From IMG/VR virus record IMGVR_UViG_3300049167_000097: 20,000 nucleotides of DNA; one strand, written 5' to 3'. Every line of letters starts with the position of its first letter. Position 1 is the first letter of the stretch. The notes below the pieces were generated by a model. The model made no database searches. It was not told where the DNA came from and worked only from the letters and a program-made list of their open reading frames with translations. Source of the DNA: an uncultured virus (IMG/VR IMGVR_UViG_3300049167_000097) (Duplodnaviria > Heunggongvirae > Uroviricota > Caudoviricetes). Below are positions 7,462 through 14,683 of the stretch, piece after piece. The translations under genes and the position numbers were made by a program.

Positions 7462-8226
7462 TCAGGAGGAGAAGTCGTACCGAAAGAGATACTTGGAGGC
7501 GTCCAGAACCATTCGATTGATCTCGACGACCCGATCGGACGCGTCACGGGCATAGCGCACCAGCTCCACCACGGGAGCGGCCGGGGACAGGCCGAGATCC
7601 TCCACCTCGGCTGGCAACGCCTTGCGGCAGCGGAGGTCTTCGCGGAACTTGACCGGCTTGTGCCCAGCCTCCTCCAGCTGCTTGTACGTTCCGCCGGGAC
7701 CGGTGTCGACCTGCGTGATGCGAGTCCCGCGCGCGAGATCCTCAGGAATGAAGGCGATAGACCTCATGAGCGGCACGCCGTCGAGGAGGTACCGCCGGTC
7801 CCGACGACAGACCAGATCGCCTTCCTCAATTTCGAGGGCGGTAGCCACGTCAACGTCGGCCGGCAGCTGCTCAACCTGCACACCGTCCGGGACGAGTCGT
7901 CGATCCTCGACATCGACGTCCCAGATGGACTTGCCAGATCCCCACTGCTCCGACGAGAGGCGCCGTAGGCCGTTCCTCACGATGGGCCGCCACTCCAGGA
8001 CAAACCAGCCCGAGTTCTTGCGCGACTCGATGACACCTTCGTCACGCAAGCTGGCCAGCGCCTGCCGGACTGTCATGACCGAACTGGTGAGGTGCGAGTA
8101 CTGCTCGAGGAGCTTTCGCTCGGAAGCGAGCTTGTTCTTGGGGGCGAACTCGCCTTCATCGATGCGCCTACGCAGGTCGTCGGCGATCTCCATGTACTTG
8201 TGCTGCTCGCCGGTTCTGCGCGGCAC
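7462..8226 (-). CDS. korSA: GntR/HutC-family repressor with UTRA domain, KorSA/TraR-like
   Basis: YMEIADDLRRRI...LASERKL...MTVRQALASLRDEG wHTH plus UTRA C-terminus; GGAGG before GTG 8226 (alternative leaderless ATG 8250). Confidence 0.9.
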   Translation of the reverse strand: MPRRTGEQHKYMEIADDLRRRIDEGEFAPKNKLASERKLLEQYSHLTSSVMTVRQALASLRDEGVIESRKNSGWFVLEWRPIVRNGLRRLSSEQWGSGKSIWDVDVEDRRLVPDGVQVEQLPADVDVATALEIEEGDLVCRRDRRYLLDGVPLMRSIAFIPEDLARGTRITQVDTGPGGTYKQLEEAGHKPVKFREDLRCRKALPAEVEDLGLSPAAPVVELVRYARDASDRVVEINRMVLDASKYLFRYDFSS

Positions 8227-8246
8227 GTGACCTCCCTCTGACGTAT

Positions 8247-8264
8247 GCATCTAGAGCAACGCTA
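8247..8264 (-). promoter_or_regulatory. Putative kor promoter -10 (TAGCGT) with adjacent Kor box
   Basis: GCATCTAGAGCA 8247-8258; minus-strand TAGCGT 8259-8264. Confidence 0.6.
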
Positions 8265-8318
8265 CCCGCTGTAGTGCACAGGCCGTGAGTCTGGCCCTGT
8301 CGCGCCCCGACGAGCGGC

Positions 8319-8348
8319 TAGCCATAAATTGCTCTAGAGCGCTACGGT
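8319..8348 (+). promoter_or_regulatory. Putative rightward promoter TAGCCA-N18-TACGGT with a Kor box in the spacer
   Basis: TGCTCTAGAGCG 8330-8341 between the hexamers at 8319-8324 and 8343-8348. Confidence 0.55.
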
Positions 8349-8412
8349 TCTTGTAGTCGATGCGTCACAACACACGTTCGACGGCCCATTCGGCATGCCC
8401 GAGAGGAACCGC

Positions 8413-8586
8413 ATGACCTTCGGATTCGCCACGACGGAGAGCAGCGGTCCCGCCCGCTACTTCAAGCCGCTTCCACCTTTGGCCAATGATTGGCCGCGCG
8501 AATGCGAGTGGAGCGCGACGAATCCTATCGGGCCAGGCAAATCCACGATCGGTGCAGGTGGTAGACCCCTGGACTCCCGGTCTTGA
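8413..8586 (+). CDS. Possible small protein, 57 aa (MTFGFATTESSG...)
   Basis: GAGAGGA RBS before ATG 8413, downstream of the putative promoter; codon usage unconvincing. Confidence 0.3.
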   Translation: MTFGFATTESSGPARYFKPLPPLANDWPRECEWSATNPIGPGKSTIGAGGRPLDSRS

Positions 8587-8639
8587 TCTGCACAGTGCAG
8601 GTTGGCGGGCGGCCTAATGTCGTCGCCCAGAACGCGAAC

Positions 8640-8731
8640 GGCCGGACGGGTGCAACCGTCCGGCCTGTTGGACCAGCGGGTGCAACCGCTGATCATCACC
8701 GTCACTCCACCAGAGAGAAGGCTCTCGTGAC
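8640..8731 (+). promoter_or_regulatory. Structured 5' leader: twin hairpins with identical GTGCAA loops plus an RBS/start-sequestering stem
   Basis: CGGGTGCAACCG at 8647 and 8677; stems 8640-8649/8656-8665 and 8674-8679/8686-8691; GAGAG/CTCTC and GTCAC/GTGAC pairings over the RBS and GTG. Confidence 0.55.
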
Positions 8732-9071
8732 TCTACTGCAAGAAGCCCCTGTCGTCTCTGCTCCGCTCCCTCCTGCAGCGCAGGCCTGCCCGTCGTGGTG
8801 CACGGAGCGCACTTCGTCAGTACATCGGTTCGCCGCGGCGGGTACAGCGCACTTCTCTGCACAGACCGTTCTGCCGAATCCGCGGCCGCTGCCAGATGAG
8901 ACCCCGGCGCTGCTGCGCGCGGAGCTGTACCAGGACGCCCTCGGCGGGGTGCAGCTGTTCGTGCAGGGCGAGACGACGGTCGATCTATCACCGGTCGAGG
9001 CGGATGTCCTGATCGCTCAAGCGCAGGGATTCGTAGACACGCTGCGCATCCTGCGCCGACAGATGCACTGA
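8727..9071 (+). CDS. DUF6907-like protein, 114 aa
   Basis: CPSWC...H...H N-terminal motif and DLSPVEADVLIAQAQGFVDTLR C-terminal helix; GAAGG before GTG 8727. Confidence 0.75.
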   Translation: MTLLQEAPVVSAPLPPAAQACPSWCTERTSSVHRFAAAGTAHFSAQTVLPNPRPLPDETPALLRAELYQDALGGVQLFVQGETTVDLSPVEADVLIAQAQGFVDTLRILRRQMH

Positions 9072-9087
9072 CACCCAACCGCACGAG

Positions 9088-9116
9088 AGGCCCCCGCCAT
9101 CTGGCGGGGGCTTCTT
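9088..9116 (+). terminator. Intrinsic terminator
   Basis: GCCCCCGCC-ATCT-GGCGGGGGC followed by TTCTT. Confidence 0.8.
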
Positions 9117-9179
9117 CGCGCTCTGCTGAATGTCGGGTTCCGCAGGCATGCTGTTGGGTCGGCGTAGAAGGGGACGGTC

Positions 9180-9512
9180 GTGTACGCGTGTCCGCAGTGT
9201 GGGGAGTCGGGCCAGGTGCTGCATCTGCCGGCGTTTTGGAAGAGCCTGTCGCAGGATGCCGAGTTGAAGCGGGAGCTGGCGCAGCCGCCGGAGTACGCGG
9301 CGCGCTGGCTGATACCGGTGGGCCTGGTCGCGTTCGGCATATTTGTGATCGTGTCGGGTGATCCGCTGGGTCTGCTGCTCCTCGCCGCGGGCGGGGCGTC
9401 GGGCTGGTGGATGCACCGCTCCACTGGGGTCGCCCGTGAGGCGCGGGAGCGGTGGGAGCGGCTCATGTACTGCCGGACCTGCCCTGCTCAGTTCGAGCCC
9501 GGCAAGGCGTGA
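9180..9512 (+). CDS. Membrane protein with split CxxC...CxxC motif, 110 aa
   Basis: CPQC at N-terminus, two hydrophobic helices, CRTC at C-terminus; AAGGGA RBS. Confidence 0.8.
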   Translation: MYACPQCGESGQVLHLPAFWKSLSQDAELKRELAQPPEYAARWLIPVGLVAFGIFVIVSGDPLGLLLLAAGGASGWWMHRSTGVAREARERWERLMYCRTCPAQFEPGKA

Positions 9513-9744
9513 GCTGATCCGCTTGGACGGTCGGCTCGACTGGGACGACAACCCGACCACCCGTTCGCACCGGTGTTCGACTCGTCACGTTCCGTCTCAG
9601 CCTTCACCCGGCCTCTTCACGCTGTCAGTGCTGGTCGCTACGGTGTAGCCATCTGGGGTTCTCTCGCCCAACCACAGACCCGCCGTCCGCACCACAGGGG
9701 GGGCGCTTAACCTACTGTGGAAGGCGAGACGAAAGGGGGCAGTC

Positions 9745-10200
9745 ATGGGAAACGCGCACGACGTCGCTGCTTACATCCTGTCCAAGACAGGACCGCTGTC
9801 GGCGATGAAGCTGCAGAAGCTCTGCTACTACTCTCAGGCGTGGTCCCTTGTGTGGGATGAGCAGCCGCTGTTCTCCGAGCGCATCGAGGCCTGGCAGAAC
9901 GGCCCGGTCGTCCGCTCTCTGTATGCGAGCCACCGAGGTCAGTACACGGTCACTGAATGGCCGCAGGGTGACCCGCAAGCACTCACACCAGATCAGCGGG
10001 CGACCATCAGCGCCGTGATCGATGCCTACGCGAAACTGACTGCCCAGCAACTCAGCGACCTCACTCACAGTGAAGGACCCTGGATCGAAGCGCGCGCCGG
10101 CGTGCCGCTCGGCGAGCGGAGCGACGCTGAGATCAGCCAGGCGTCCATGCAGCGCTTTTACGCTTCACTGGCAGACCGAAGCGACACGGAGAGTGTCTGA
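9745..10200 (+). CDS. panA: Panacea-domain (DUF4065/SocA/GepA) antitoxin, 151 aa
   Basis: DVAAYIL...MKLQKLCYYSQAW...LF.ERIEAWQNGPVV..LY...LSDLTHSEGPW. Confidence 0.93.
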   Translation: MGNAHDVAAYILSKTGPLSAMKLQKLCYYSQAWSLVWDEQPLFSERIEAWQNGPVVRSLYASHRGQYTVTEWPQGDPQALTPDQRATISAVIDAYAKLTAQQLSDLTHSEGPWIEARAGVPLGERSDAEISQASMQRFYASLADRSDTESV

Positions 10201-10220
10201 GCACTTCCTCAGGGGGGTTC

Positions 10221-10718
10221 GTGGGGGGCAAGGCCAAGGGCTCCAACAAGCGCGTTCCGCAAGCTGCCGTCCCGGACGCTCCGGACCGCACACCGCGGCG
10301 GCTTCTCGGTGTCGCCACGGCTGGCGAGCTGGACGAGCAGCATCCTGTGTGGCGCACCTCGCTACTTGATCGTGAACACGCAGGTTCGTGGTCGTGGGCG
10401 ATCACTGATGCCACGCTCCTCAAGATCGTTGATCTCCTGTCGGAGATGGAGCGCCTGACCTGGCGTGAGATACGCCAGCAGCAAACCGGCGGTCGGCGTA
10501 GGGGCGCGAAGCACAAGCCCATTCCGCGGGACCACCTGTGCAAGGAGGCCCAGGACCGCCTTGAAGAGCTGGAGCTCGATGACTTTGAGGAGCTCTTCCG
10601 CTTCCGAACGGGGAATATGGAGCGCTTGTGGGGGGTGCTCTCCAATGAGAACCCGCGGGTGTTCTATCCGATCTGGTGGGACGCAGACCACAGGGTCTGT
10701 CCGAGCAAAGATCAGTGA
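10221..10718 (+). CDS. Putative toxin partner of Panacea, RelE-like/MAG6450-type, 165 aa
   Basis: 20 nt after panA; LTWREI...H.I...L...AQDRL...LFRFR...RLWG...VFYPIWWDADHRV pattern. Confidence 0.75.
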   Translation: MGGKAKGSNKRVPQAAVPDAPDRTPRRLLGVATAGELDEQHPVWRTSLLDREHAGSWSWAITDATLLKIVDLLSEMERLTWREIRQQQTGGRRRGAKHKPIPRDHLCKEAQDRLEELELDDFEELFRFRTGNMERLWGVLSNENPRVFYPIWWDADHRVCPSKDQ

Positions 10719-10754
10719 GGGCCTGGCCGCTATGACGGTGGCTTGAGTACGCGC

Positions 10755-10789
10755 AGAAGCCCCCGACCATGACGGTTGGGGGGCTTTCT
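10755..10789 (+). terminator. Intrinsic terminator closing the TA operon
   Basis: AGAAGCCCCCGACC-ATGAC-GGTTGGGGGGCTTTCT. Confidence 0.75.
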
Positions 10790-10802
10790 CGTTGTACAGG
10801 TC

Positions 10803-10949
10803 ATGGATGAGCGTGTTCCGCTGGTGACCGAGGACGAGGCGCGGAAGGTGACTGCGCTGCTGCTGGCCTGGGGGTCGGACAATCCGGATCTCGCCGTGGA
10901 GGCGGATCGGATGGCGCACGACCTGGCACTCAGGCTGCCGGCGGAGTAG
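10803..10949 (+). CDS. Small protein, 48 aa (MDERVPLVTEDEARKV...LALRLPAE), reminiscent of the DUF6417 N-terminus; not in the ORF track
   Basis: Clean ATG..TAG frame, high GC3, ends 2 nt before the convergent XRE stop; no clear RBS. Confidence 0.55.
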   Translation: MDERVPLVTEDEARKVTALLLAWGSDNPDLAVEADRMAHDLALRLPAE

Positions 10950-10951
10950 GG

Positions 10952-11317
10952 CTAGGCCTGCTCGGGGTCTTGGTTGTAGCGATGGATGGCTCTGATCTGA
11001 ATCTCGATGATCTGCTGCTGTTCGCTGGTGAGGTCGCGGAACATGTCGATGATTCGGGCTTCGAGGTCCGGGCTGCTCGGGCCGGGGAGGCGTCGGCCGG
11101 CTGCGGCAAATACGTCCTGTTGCGAGACCCCAAGGACTTCCGCGAGCTTCTGCAGTGTCTCTCGGCCTGGGCCTCGTCCGGTGCCCCGTTTGCGAGTCAC
11201 CCAGCTGCTGACGGCCGAGGGAGAGATGCCGACGCGGCGGGCGATCTCGCTCTGGCTGAGCTCGGGGCGCTGGTCTTGGATCCGGCGGATCAGTGCTGCA
11301 AGGTCTTCGTCGCCCAT
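10952..11317 (-). CDS. XRE-family HTH regulator (CI-like), 121 aa
   Basis: LSQSEIARRVGISPSAVSSW...TLQKLAEVLGV; GGAGG before ATG 11317. Confidence 0.9.
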   Translation of the reverse strand: MGDEDLAALIRRIQDQRPELSQSEIARRVGISPSAVSSWVTRKRGTGRGPGRETLQKLAEVLGVSQQDVFAAAGRRLPGPSSPDLEARIIDMFRDLTSEQQQIIEIQIRAIHRYNQDPEQA

Positions 11318-11345
11318 GTGGTCCTCCGTGGTGCGGTGACGGGTC

Positions 11346-11368
11346 ACGATAGCTCTGGCTGCAGCCAG
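11346..11368 (-). promoter_or_regulatory. Putative XRE promoter -10 (TATCGT) with a 14-bp perfect palindrome upstream
   Basis: Minus-strand TATCGT 11346-11351; CTGGCTGCAGCCAG 11355-11368. Confidence 0.45.
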
Positions 11369-11499
11369 CACCAGCGGAGAGCGTGTAGCCGTTGCTGGTT
11401 CTCTCCTCCAGGCGACGGCTGCTCGTGGCGGGGTGTGCCGCGTTCGGGGACGGGGCGCGGTGTCGATCGCGGTGGGGCTCCTTCGTGCGGCAGGGCGGG

Positions 11500-11736
11500 T
11501 TAGGCGCTGTGGCAGGTGCAGTGGCAGGCGACGCCGGTGAACTTCTGCGTGATGGGGCAGCGCCTGTGGAGGTGTTCGACCCAGGCGGGCAGGTGCGGGT
11601 TTTCGGGGTGTCGGATGGTGGCGGCGTCGACGACGCGGGCGGTTTCGCAGGCGGTGGACAGGTAGCTGCGGAGGAGGAGCAGTGCGAGGACGTCGTCGGG
11701 AAGCCGGTCGCTGGCGGGGGTGGGCGGGGTGGTCAC
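11500..11736 (-). CDS. Hypothetical phage protein, 78 aa, C-terminal CxCxCH
   Basis: GAGGAG RBS and GTGA overlap; YLSTAC...CHCTCH. Confidence 0.75.
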   Translation of the reverse strand: MTTPPTPASDRLPDDVLALLLLRSYLSTACETARVVDAATIRHPENPHLPAWVEHLHRRCPITQKFTGVACHCTCHSA

Positions 11737-11963
11737 GGCTGCTCCTCGGTGTCGACGAGTTGGATGCCGATGACGAGTCGCATGCCGCACAGCGTGAGGA
11801 TGCGGTCCGCCCACTGGAGGGGCATCGGCGCCCGTCCGGTGATCATCTGATTCGTGTGCTTGGTGCTGAGGCCGAGCCGGCGTGATGCTTCGGCCTGACT
11901 GATGCCAGTCCGCTCGAGAGCAGCCCGGACTTGCACACGCAGGTCTTCCTCAGCGCCAGTCAC
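11733..11963 (-). CDS. Small XRE/Cro-like HTH protein, 76 aa
   Basis: GISQAEASRRLGLSTKHTNQMITG; AGGAG RBS, GTGA overlap. Confidence 0.85.
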   Translation of the reverse strand: MTGAEEDLRVQVRAALERTGISQAEASRRLGLSTKHTNQMITGRAPMPLQWADRILTLCGMRLVIGIQLVDTEEQP

Positions 11964-12193
11964 GGCTGCTCCTGGTACAGCGGTTCGGTGGCGAGGTGGG
12001 GCCGGAGGATGGCGAGGGCGCGGTCGATGGGCCGTTGCCACTCGAAGAGGGCCCGGTAGGTGCCGTTGAGGCTGAGATCGGGTGGCAGCTGGTCGGGTTC
12101 CGTCTCTTCGAAGACAAGGTTGGTCACGCCCGGTACGTCGACCCATCCGTCTTCTCCGAGCCAGACTTGGAGCGGGCTGGCGTCTTCTGTCAC
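11960..12193 (-). CDS. Hypothetical protein, 77 aa
   Basis: AAGGAGGAG RBS, GTGA overlaps at both ends. Confidence 0.7.
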   Translation of the reverse strand: MTEDASPLQVWLGEDGWVDVPGVTNLVFEETEPDQLPPDLSLNGTYRALFEWQRPIDRALAILRPHLATEPLYQEQP

Positions 12194-12864
12194 GACTCCT
12201 CCTTGGGGCCGTGGGCGAACTTTTCTTGCTCGGCGAGGAGTTGCCTGCCGCATTGGGCTCCCTTGAGCCAGGTGCGAACGTCGGCGGTGGTGATGGGGCG
12301 CTGCTCGCGTTCGGCGATGGTGCAGCACTCGGCGACGTAGGCGAGCGCGTCTTGGGCTTGGTACAGCTCGTAGTTGAGACGGTCGACCTCCGCGCGGGCT
12401 TCCTCGGCGGTTAGGACGGGTTCTTCTGGCTTGCTGCAGGGGATGGTGCGGCAGTCGCATTCGCAGCAGTGGCTGCAGAATGTCTGGTCGTTGCAGTTGC
12501 GGTAGACGACGGGTCCGCCGGCCCCGTTGCAGCCGCAGCAGACGCCGCCGCGGAGCCAGTCGGGGGCGTCCAGGAAAGAACCGTCCTCCAGTTGGTCGGC
12601 GGTCCGGCCGGCGGCTTGACTGATGCGGCGCAACGACTCCCGTGTCAGTTCGGTCTTGTGGCCGCAGGGCTTGCACACGAACCGCATCGTGACGGTCGGG
12701 AAGTGCTCTTCCTGCGTGACGACCTGGTCGACAGGCTTCCCGCATTGGTGGCAGTCCGGGAACGGCCGAAGCAGCGTCTGGTTTCGGCGGAAGGCGCGGG
12801 AGCGTAGGACGATGATCGTCGCGATCGGGAGCAGCTTCCGCTCATCGGGGCTGAGGTCGGTCAT
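12190..12864 (-). CDS. Cys-rich multi-module phage protein, 224 aa
   Basis: CHQC..CKPC zinc ribbon, CCGC..C..CSHCCECDC..C cluster, helical C-terminus; ATGA overlap. Confidence 0.75.
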   Translation of the reverse strand: MTDLSPDERKLLPIATIIVLRSRAFRRNQTLLRPFPDCHQCGKPVDQVVTQEEHFPTVTMRFVCKPCGHKTELTRESLRRISQAAGRTADQLEDGSFLDAPDWLRGGVCCGCNGAGGPVVYRNCNDQTFCSHCCECDCRTIPCSKPEEPVLTAEEARAEVDRLNYELYQAQDALAYVAECCTIAEREQRPITTADVRTWLKGAQCGRQLLAEQEKFAHGPKEES

Positions 12865-13070
12865 AGGTAGTTTCCGATCGGGTGGAGGGTGCGGATTTTG
12901 CGGGTGAGGTAGTAGCCGTGGGCTCGTGTGACGGGGCGGGCTGAGTTGTCGTAGCGGTGGCGTCGGATGTGTCGCGGGATGGCTGGGCCGCGGGGTCGTG
13001 TTCGAGTCGGGGCCGGCTGTGCGGCGATCGGTTGGGGGTCGTCCCACAGCCGGAGCTGGGCGCCGGTCAC
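12861..13070 (-). CDS. Hypothetical basic protein, 69 aa
   Basis: AAGGA RBS before GTG 13070; ATGA overlap downstream. Confidence 0.6.
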   Translation of the reverse strand: MTGAQLRLWDDPQPIAAQPAPTRTRPRGPAIPRHIRRHRYDNSARPVTRAHGYYLTRKIRTLHPIGNYL

Positions 13071-13072
13071 GG

Positions 13073-13174
13073 CTAGTCCTTGTCGTGGTTGCGGGCGTAC
13101 CAGATGAGACCGGCGACGACGATCAGTGCGAACAGGATGGGGACGGCGGCGCCGATGATGCGGCCGAGAGTCAC
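13073..13174 (-). CDS. 33-aa single-TM peptide MTLGRIIGAAVPILFALIVVAGLIWYARNHDKD; not in the ORF track
   Basis: AGGAGAGG RBS, GTGA overlap, TAG 2 nt before the next start. Confidence 0.7.
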   Translation of the reverse strand: MTLGRIIGAAVPILFALIVVAGLIWYARNHDKD

Positions 13175-13431
13175 TGGCGCGTCCTCTCCTGGCGTGGCTT
13201 GTGGCAGGGACAGTCGCATTCGGGAGCCGGCCCGGTGATGTGCCGGTTCCGGCAGTCGGGGTCGGGCTTGGTGAACGGCGGCGGAGAGCAGACGGGCTTG
13301 GCGTTGGCGCAGGTGCCGTCTTCGTGCGCGTACTGCGGGAGTGTTCCGTGGAGCCAGCCGGGGCCGTCGACCCAGTGGAGAGGTCCACGGCAGTTTCGGC
13401 AGGCGAGGGGCAGGCGGGCGGCCTGGCTCAT
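13171..13431 (-). CDS. Cys/His-rich hypothetical protein, 86 aa
   Basis: CRNC...WLH...C...CDCPCH; AAGGA RBS. Confidence 0.7.
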   Translation of the reverse strand: MSQAARLPLACRNCRGPLHWVDGPGWLHGTLPQYAHEDGTCANAKPVCSPPPFTKPDPDCRNRHITGPAPECDCPCHKPRQERTRQ

Positions 13432-13492
13432 GGGCTGCTGTCCTTGTCGGGAGAACGGATTCGGGGGCGGGGCTGAGGGTGGTGGCGCGTTG

Positions 13493-13924
13493 CTATCCGC
13501 GGTTCAGCCGTTGCCTGATCCACTCGGCGTCCGATTCTGCGACGTGGGCGCCTGCTGACCGGGCCACGATGATGTGCGTTGGCTGCCCGTCGCCATCCTG
13601 GTCGGGCGCGACGTAGGCGGACCACGGCTGGCTTCCGCTGTGGGGTGGGGTGTGCCCGTCGGGGCAGTGCGGGCAGGCATGGTCGGCGTTTTCCCGGCCG
13701 AGCGGGGTGGGGTCGTCCCAGACGATGCGGGTGTGTCCGCCGTGGCCGTGGACGTGCAGGGCGTTGGCGATCGAGTGCCAGAAGACGGTGGAAGGCATGG
13801 GCCCCGTCCAGCGGATGGACACGGTCCCGTCCGGCCAGAGGACACCGTCGGCTACGCGGCCAGTCCCGGATGCGCCGGTGACGTCATGGTCGCGCTGGAG
13901 GTGGAAGCGGCGGGGCAGGTTCAC
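13493..13924 (-). CDS. Conserved actinophage-type hypothetical protein, 143 aa
   Basis: FHLQRDHDVTGASGTGRVADG...HGHGGHTRIVW motif plus CPHC module; AGGAG RBS, GTGA overlap. Confidence 0.85.
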   Translation of the reverse strand: MNLPRRFHLQRDHDVTGASGTGRVADGVLWPDGTVSIRWTGPMPSTVFWHSIANALHVHGHGGHTRIVWDDPTPLGRENADHACPHCPDGHTPPHSGSQPWSAYVAPDQDGDGQPTHIIVARSAGAHVAESDAEWIRQRLNRG

Positions 13925-14235
13925 GGCGTGCTCCTATCGGTTCGATTGCGGTCGGCGGCCCAGTTCGGGTTGAACTTGGGCGCGGGGCTGCGAGGCGGGG
14001 GCGGATCGTTGCGGTGGCGCCAGGCGTGGACGGTCTGCCGGGGGCGGGTCGCCAGGAGTACCGCGATCTCGCACAGGAAAACGGATTGGCAGGCCCACCA
14101 GCGGGGCGAGGTCCGTCCGGGACGATCGGATCGAATGTCGGTCCAGTGCGCCCAGTCGGAGGCGCGGTGCGCGGGCCGCAGCCGGCCGAGAAGGTACCCG
14201 GCGGCTGCGGCGAGCAGGAGGAGGAGCGCGATCAC
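13921..14235 (-). CDS. Putative membrane protein, 104 aa
   Basis: Hydrophobic N-terminus; GTGA overlaps on both sides. Confidence 0.7.
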   Translation of the reverse strand: MIALLLLLAAAAGYLLGRLRPAHRASDWAHWTDIRSDRPGRTSPRWWACQSVFLCEIAVLLATRPRQTVHAWRHRNDPPPPRSPAPKFNPNWAADRNRTDRSTP

Positions 14236-14627
14236 GCGGCGTCCTTGGCGGGGTCGACTGCGGGGTGCGTGAAGTCAACGGGCTTGCCCAGACTGCGGGC
14301 GTAGGCGATCTCGGCGCGGGTGCTGTCGCCGATGTAATCGCCGACAACGAGGACCCTGTCGGCCAAGCGGATCTTTGCCCGGTGCAGTCCGTCGAGGCGC
14401 TGCTTGCCACGCTCGGCGACCTCGGGGTCGGCCCACAGGGGGTGCGGGGTCTTCATGTCGCAGCCGGGCTTGACGACGATGTGGCCGGCGAACGTGAGCT
14501 CGCAGTCGGCGTCGACCATCTCCTGCATGAAGCGAGTGGAGCCGCAGATGACGACGATCTCGGGCAGCGCCAGGCGCTCCTTCGCGTCGGTGAGCTTCTC
14601 TTCCGGGGTGAGCAACTGCGGGTACAT
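14232..14627 (-). CDS. Nucleoside 2-deoxyribosyltransferase-like (DUF4406-type) protein, 131 aa
   Basis: VVICGS.RF...GHIV...H.AKI.LAD.VLVV..YIG.ST..EI.YA...GKPV pattern. Confidence 0.7.
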   Translation of the reverse strand: MYPQLLTPEEKLTDAKERLALPEIVVICGSTRFMQEMVDADCELTFAGHIVVKPGCDMKTPHPLWADPEVAERGKQRLDGLHRAKIRLADRVLVVGDYIGDSTRAEIAYARSLGKPVDFTHPAVDPAKDAA

Positions 14628-14683
14628 GGGTTCTCCAGGGTGACGGGGGCCGGCGGGTGGTGTTCCCGCCTGCCGGGCGGTGG

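Noticed and set aside
5970..7520. 516-aa plus-strand Gly/Arg-rich ORF
   Set aside because: High-GC shadow over several coupled minus-strand genes and operator sites.
8251..9744. tRNA or att site at the junction between the tra module and the cargo island
   Set aside because: No cloverleaf, CCA end or duplicated core found by eye; cannot be excluded without flanking sequence.
14650..14676. Plus-strand G-U pairs as evidence of an antisense RNA
   Set aside because: The plus strand is generally G/T-rich here, so wobble pairs are expected by composition.
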